From assembly GCF_964204645.1 (NCBI RefSeq), contig NC_134025.1, positions 30,050,299 to 30,114,298 on the forward strand: a stretch of 64,000 nucleotides of DNA, in the 5' to 3' direction. The DNA comes from Tubulanus polymorphus. Taxonomy: Eukaryota; Animalia; Nemertea. The notes under the pieces are model-generated. The model had not been told where the DNA came from and did not search any database. It saw only the letters and a list, made by a program, of their open reading frames with translations. The position numbers and the translations under genes are program-made. Below are positions 59,901 to 64,000 of this stretch, piece by piece (the stretch's first letter is position 1; every line of letters starts with the position of its first letter).

Positions 59901-62894
59901 TGGGATGAGTTTCAGACGCAGGGCTAAGCTTACCTCATCACATGCGGCACATCTCGGTTTCAGTAGTTCGGCGTAATGACGCTCGCAGTAGACGTTACCG
60001 CTGTGAAAACAATACGCTAAATCTACCAACAATTCATCACATCTCGCACAAACGAAACAAGCCGGATGCCAGCACAGATCCGGACCACATTTTGACGCGA
60101 AAACGGCAATTTCGCCCGCCTCGATTTCGCCTTCACAATTGTAACAATTCTGAAATATGCAGAAAAATAAATGTTTCATAACGAATCAAGATATTCAGGA
60201 TCCAGTTCCAGAGTTAAGATTTGACTCTTGAGTTGAAACGGTGGAAATTAACTGATTTTAACTCAAGAGATCTTTAGAGTCAAATTCTGTATTCTATCAT
60301 AAAGAAGCAATAAATCTATGATAATTTCTAGCATAAAGATTGAAAAATAGATATATGTTCAGTTAGTAATAAGCTGAAGAATGAGTCACCGAATATGAAT
60401 GAAGATATAATTGACAACACTGTAATGTGGATAGAATTTGATTTTAAAATTACAAGGATATTTAATTGTCTAAATCTAATGACATCAGCGCCAAGGGGTT
60501 AGGGACTTGTTCATTCATCTATTCTGTTGAATTTATATCATACCATAATTATCAGCAATGTGGTCCATTGATTTATGCAATTTTCATTGGGAAACGTCAC
60601 TGATATAATTCATTAATAGTTTGTGAAATACTAGTCAAAATATCATTTTCATGAATTTTAATGACTCATATGTTGAGTTAATTATGTTCTAGTTTCGTCT
60701 CTTAACATGGAATGATTTCAGAATTTCATGTAATGGGCCGACTAGAACCTTGTTAATATCTGAGAACGAATAAAAGCCAGTGAATTGAGCATTTGACAAT
60801 TAGTCTGACACTAAGCCTGACTGGTCACCGCATGGTCACAACACTGATTAGACCAACCTACGAACACTCAGCTGTCAATATGTGTCAGTGGTGTAGTGGT
60901 TAGCATGCTGGATCGGCGTGTAGATGGCCACAGGTTTAAGTCCCATCAGGGCCAAGCTAAGGTTGAACGGTGAGGGCTGATGGGAGGGAGGTACCATAAA
61001 AAATTTTCATGAAATACCAAAGCTTTAATTTTTTTTTTAAATACATCTGAGAGAAGATATTTGCAGTGTGATATAGTTTATTGGTGTGACTGGTTACACA
61101 GGGGCACATATTTGAGATACACGTACCACATCTTCAGGCACATTCTCACAAACATAACCGATATCTAACGCTAATTCATCTCTCATATCTCGATATTCCT
61201 GGAACGCTTTACGTAATTCTTGACTAGTTATAGTTTTACAGTATTCTTCAGATAGATCCTGTTTTGGAAGTTGTTTGATAAGTTGTATTTCTCGATATTT
61301 CGCCCCAGTCGCGTCAATTCTGGGAATTTTATTATTCGGAAGTTGTTCCATGTATTCATCAATCTACAAAAAAAAGAAAGTTTTACATGTTGAATATCAA
61401 AATGCTTCATCAAGGGGCAATAAATCTTGAAAACGGTATCATTTTTATCTGTCAAGGCAAGTGCCAGAGACTCAAATGAAAAATGGAAGGGCAGGGGTCC
61501 AGAAAATCTTGAAAATCTTGAAAGAGTTGAAAAGTTTATAGCTCTGGATTGAGTTCCACAATCGTTGGTCCAGTTAGTGACTCCATCTTCACTAGGAACT
61601 GTGCAACTGACCCCTCTACACTTTGAATGACTCTAGAAAATCTAGACTGTAAATTTTGCCCAATTTGATAAACACAGTCAGGGCGCCATCATTGGTATCT
61701 ATTCATAGGAGATACGCAGAATGGTATTTCAATCAGCTGTTTCAGACAATTAGTCGCTGTAATGGTTTCTAATAAACACTAAGGACTGGGTTTCAGTAAA
61801 TGAGTGATATAGAAATACCCTCTAATCAATAATACTTCATCAGGCCTTATATTAGCCGGTAAACATAGCCGCTATATCTTGCTACTGACGAAGTGCAAAT
61901 AATCACACTTCGAAATCCCAAGAGTCACATTACTAGTGACCCTTACTATGAACACATTGCCAGGACTGCTTTTGTGGTGCCATTACACGGCATATATTGC
62001 CAATTCATGCCCAGAAACGAAATGACTTCATTCTCGCTGCTTAATCTTTCTACAAACAGATATAAATTCTTATTAGGGCAACTAAAGGAGGCACTTCAAA
62101 CATTGATAAAAATACCAAATTAAGCATTAATCAAACGAAATGCAAATAAATCAGACAGTTTTACCAATAATACAGGGATATACAGGGTGACATACCAAAC
62201 ACTATAGTAATCTATATGATTTGGGGGCAGGTTTTTAATGAAATACCGGCGACAATGTGAAATAAACCACGTAATTTTTTCTAGATATTGTTCACGTGTT
62301 TACAATTTTACAATTCAAAGTCACAAAGGATTACAAGTGATTCGCAATTCTATTCTGTGAATTTGACAGTCACCGAAATAGTTCGAATGTTTTTACCATT
62401 GAAAAGGAAGAATAGTCAAAGCTATACGGGCAACCAGTCTGAGTACCTATAAATGGCAATACCACAATAAAAACCACAAATTATGTTTCAGGAATTACGC
62501 GTGTATCAGAGGGGCTCATGTGTTTTACTTTACGGGGAAGACCTGAAAATTGAATACCAGGTATTTCCTATGAAATATCAGTGCAAGAACTGATATTGAG
62601 GAGGTGCATTCATAAAGTTTTATAGGGTAATGAAAAGTGTAGATGAGGTTTCATTTCGGCTCAAAATGTTCAGGGAATCTGACATCACATCTGTGTATTA
62701 ACTGGTATACCTTAAACTTAGAGATACCGGGAGGAACCCAAGTATAACCATAATCTAAAATCTGTTCTTGCGAAATCCTGCGAGACTTGGTATCACCCTC
62801 TCTCTGCCACCCGAGTCTATCTCGAATATTGACGTAGTCCTCGTGGTAAACATCGTGCACTTCTCGCGGACACTTACAACTCTGGCAAATATTC
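44935..62894 (-). CDS. Lmpt: PET domain + six LIM domain protein (Limpet/LIM-9, prickle-testin/FHL2-like); 5' exon(s) not found in window
   Basis: Exons 62894-62711 ([13 protein letters not shown]...YTWVPPG), 61363-61127 (PET: [24 protein letters not shown]), 60149-59934 (LIM1), 49989-49789, 47096-46922, 46840-46671, 46195-46009, 45083-44935 (..[20 protein letters not shown]). All GT-AG with consistent phases. Six CxxC..HxxCxxCxxC..CxxC/H/Y repeats. Confidence 0.93.
47207..47314. mobile_element. Harbinger-like MITE (degenerate)
   Basis: GACCCAGTTGCA... / ...TGCAACTGACAC ends after a CTG flank; ~108 bp, like the other family members. Confidence 0.5.
51913..52190. mobile_element. MITE with CAG...CTG ends (hAT-like)
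   Basis: TIRs CAGGGTCCGTTCTAAG / CTTAGATCGGACTCTG (left TIR restored by removing the micro-element); internal TTGCCC(C)GGG(A)CAAG motifs; no clean 8-bp TSD. Confidence 0.6.
51928..51959. mobile_element. 32-bp palindromic micro-MITE with 7-bp TSD, same family as 1936-1983
   Basis: CATGGACGTATAAACTAGTTTATACGTTCATG flanked by GTTCTAA (51921-27, 51960-66); sits inside the left TIR of another MITE. Confidence 0.8.
57568..57582 (+). promoter_or_regulatory. CTCF-like motif in the large PET-LIM intron
   Basis: CCACCAGGTGGCACT matches the CTCF core consensus CCASYAGRKGGCRS. Confidence 0.45.
58545..58732. repeat. Diverged tandem duplication, ~95-bp unit, 2 copies
   Basis: GGTAAAA(C/G)TAAT..AGCAGT(A/G)TACCT(A/C)GATGAAACT..GAGTGCAAACCT occurs twice. 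Confidence 0.7.
60884..60955 (+). mobile_element. tRNA-derived SINE head (degenerate)
   Basis: TGGTGTAGTGGTTAGCATGCT (A box) and degenerate B box GGTTTAAGTCCC; shares TGGTYAGCATGCT with the 11306 copy. Confidence 0.5.
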
Positions 62895-63039
62895 CTGCAA
62901 ATAGAAAAATGGAGAATTGGCGACATCAGTAAATACGACTGTTTTTACTGATTGGTGGGTTTTAATACCGGCAGTAACGACCATCATTAATCACTCATCG
63001 TGAATTAACCCAAACTCTCACTGCATAGACACCGTTCTG

Positions 63040-63300
63040 GAGCCAGTTTCCCAAATGTTGGTTAGAGCTCGGACATAATCTAGTTTATACGTCCTTGGTT
63101 TGAATTAACAGCTGATAGTTGACAATTAAAAGTTAATTTTGTAACTATGGTATTTATCCTCCAGGGCCCAGTTCCACAGTTCCGAGTTAAGATTTGACTC
63201 TGAATTAACTCATTGAAAATGAACTAAATTTAACTCAGAGTTAACTCTAACTCACAACTGTGGAACTGGATCCAGTTATCTTTAACCAATTTTTGAGGGA
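63040..63300. mobile_element. Outer Harbinger-like MITE (same family as 42131-42239), interrupted twice
   Basis: Shares TTGGTTAGAG..GATAGT(T)GAC(A/G)ATTAAAAGTTAA..TATTTATCC..CCAGTTATCTTT(A/G)ACCAA with the 42131 copy once the insertions are removed. Confidence 0.65.
63165..63272. mobile_element. PIF/Harbinger-like MITE nested in another MITE
   Basis: TIRs GGCCCAGTTCCACAGTT / AACTGTGGAACTGGATC; TSD CAG at 63162-64 and 63273-75. Related partial or degenerate copies near 9627-9714, 27788-27826, 39316-39442, 47899-48007, 52705-52802, 54051-54150, 60199-60290 and 61547-61614. Confidence 0.75.
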
Positions 63301-64000
63301 AGTCAGAAAGCGATTTCTGAAGTCGTGATTACATGAGGATTTTGACCCAGATCAAATTTGGCATTTCAGTGCAGTAGTGCGCAGTACTGTCGTTTTGGGT
63401 ATCAAAGTGCCCTTTTGGGATGTGACAAGTCCTTCAAAAATTGGCCTCTGGACCCGCTCCTGCCAGTGGTACTGGTGTCGAACGTGCCTGTTTAACAATA
63501 CCTGTGCCAAATTTAAGCACACGTCAAATAGCAAAAGACTGTTTCAGTTTTTAGACACTGTTCTCCTCGTAATGAGCGACGAAGAGTTGAATTAGTGTGA
63601 AAATATGACTGAACAGTTTTTCTGCATAGAGATATTTTTAAAGGCTGTTTCAGTAGCTGTAGCAGCAGTGGGTTGAAGTGTTATCAAACATCTGCTGAAC
63701 ACCGTTCATTATTTCACATACAAATTCCTGATTCCCGATCTAATATTAACTATATAATGCTGATTATTTCATTTCATAAAAAAACATTTCGAAAGGTTTG
63801 TTAAAGTTCAAGTTGAAAACAGGCCACAGTTTATTTGATAGGTCACCGATAAGTGAACGAAGAAGAAATGTTTGTATTTCCTTTTCTATTTCTATATATA
63901 GGCTGAAATGAATATCCTTGAAAGAACACGTAGCTGACTGTAAAAATCAACCAAAATCAAACCAGATAGAAAAGTCATCTCCTCATGAATTATTCAAAAC

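Noticed and set aside
63352-63595. Missing 5' exon of the PET-LIM gene
   Set aside because: No frame gives the expected Cys-rich CxxC..GF..HxWR segment with a suitable donor.

Overview
AT-rich eukaryotic (invertebrate animal, probably bilaterian) genomic DNA with GT-AG spliced genes; the supplied ORF track is mostly noise or single-exon fragments. Three genes were reconstructed by hand. (1) POLR2G/RPB7, minus strand, 8 coding exons, 33521-40093, 172 aa; the ORF track misses it entirely. (2) LAS1L, plus strand, 10 exons, 40506-43082, ~522 aa with the HEPN RxxxxH motif; it is head-to-head with POLR2G, 412 bp between start codons. (3) A 5'-partial PET + 6-LIM gene (Limpet/LIM-9/FHL-like), minus strand, 44935-62894, convergent with LAS1L. 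The first ~33 kb has no recognisable coding gene, only MITEs, SINE heads, low-complexity tracts and promoter-like motifs. The most notable observations are: a TSD-flanked, Penelope-like inverted-repeat insertion in a POLR2G intron carrying a minimal type I hammerhead ribozyme; a family of 32-48 bp palindromic micro-elements with 7-bp TSDs; a candidate internal first exon that would turn the PET-LIM gene into a four-and-a-half-LIM protein; and decayed coding-like sequence inside POLR2G introns. I see no clearly new multi-gene system.
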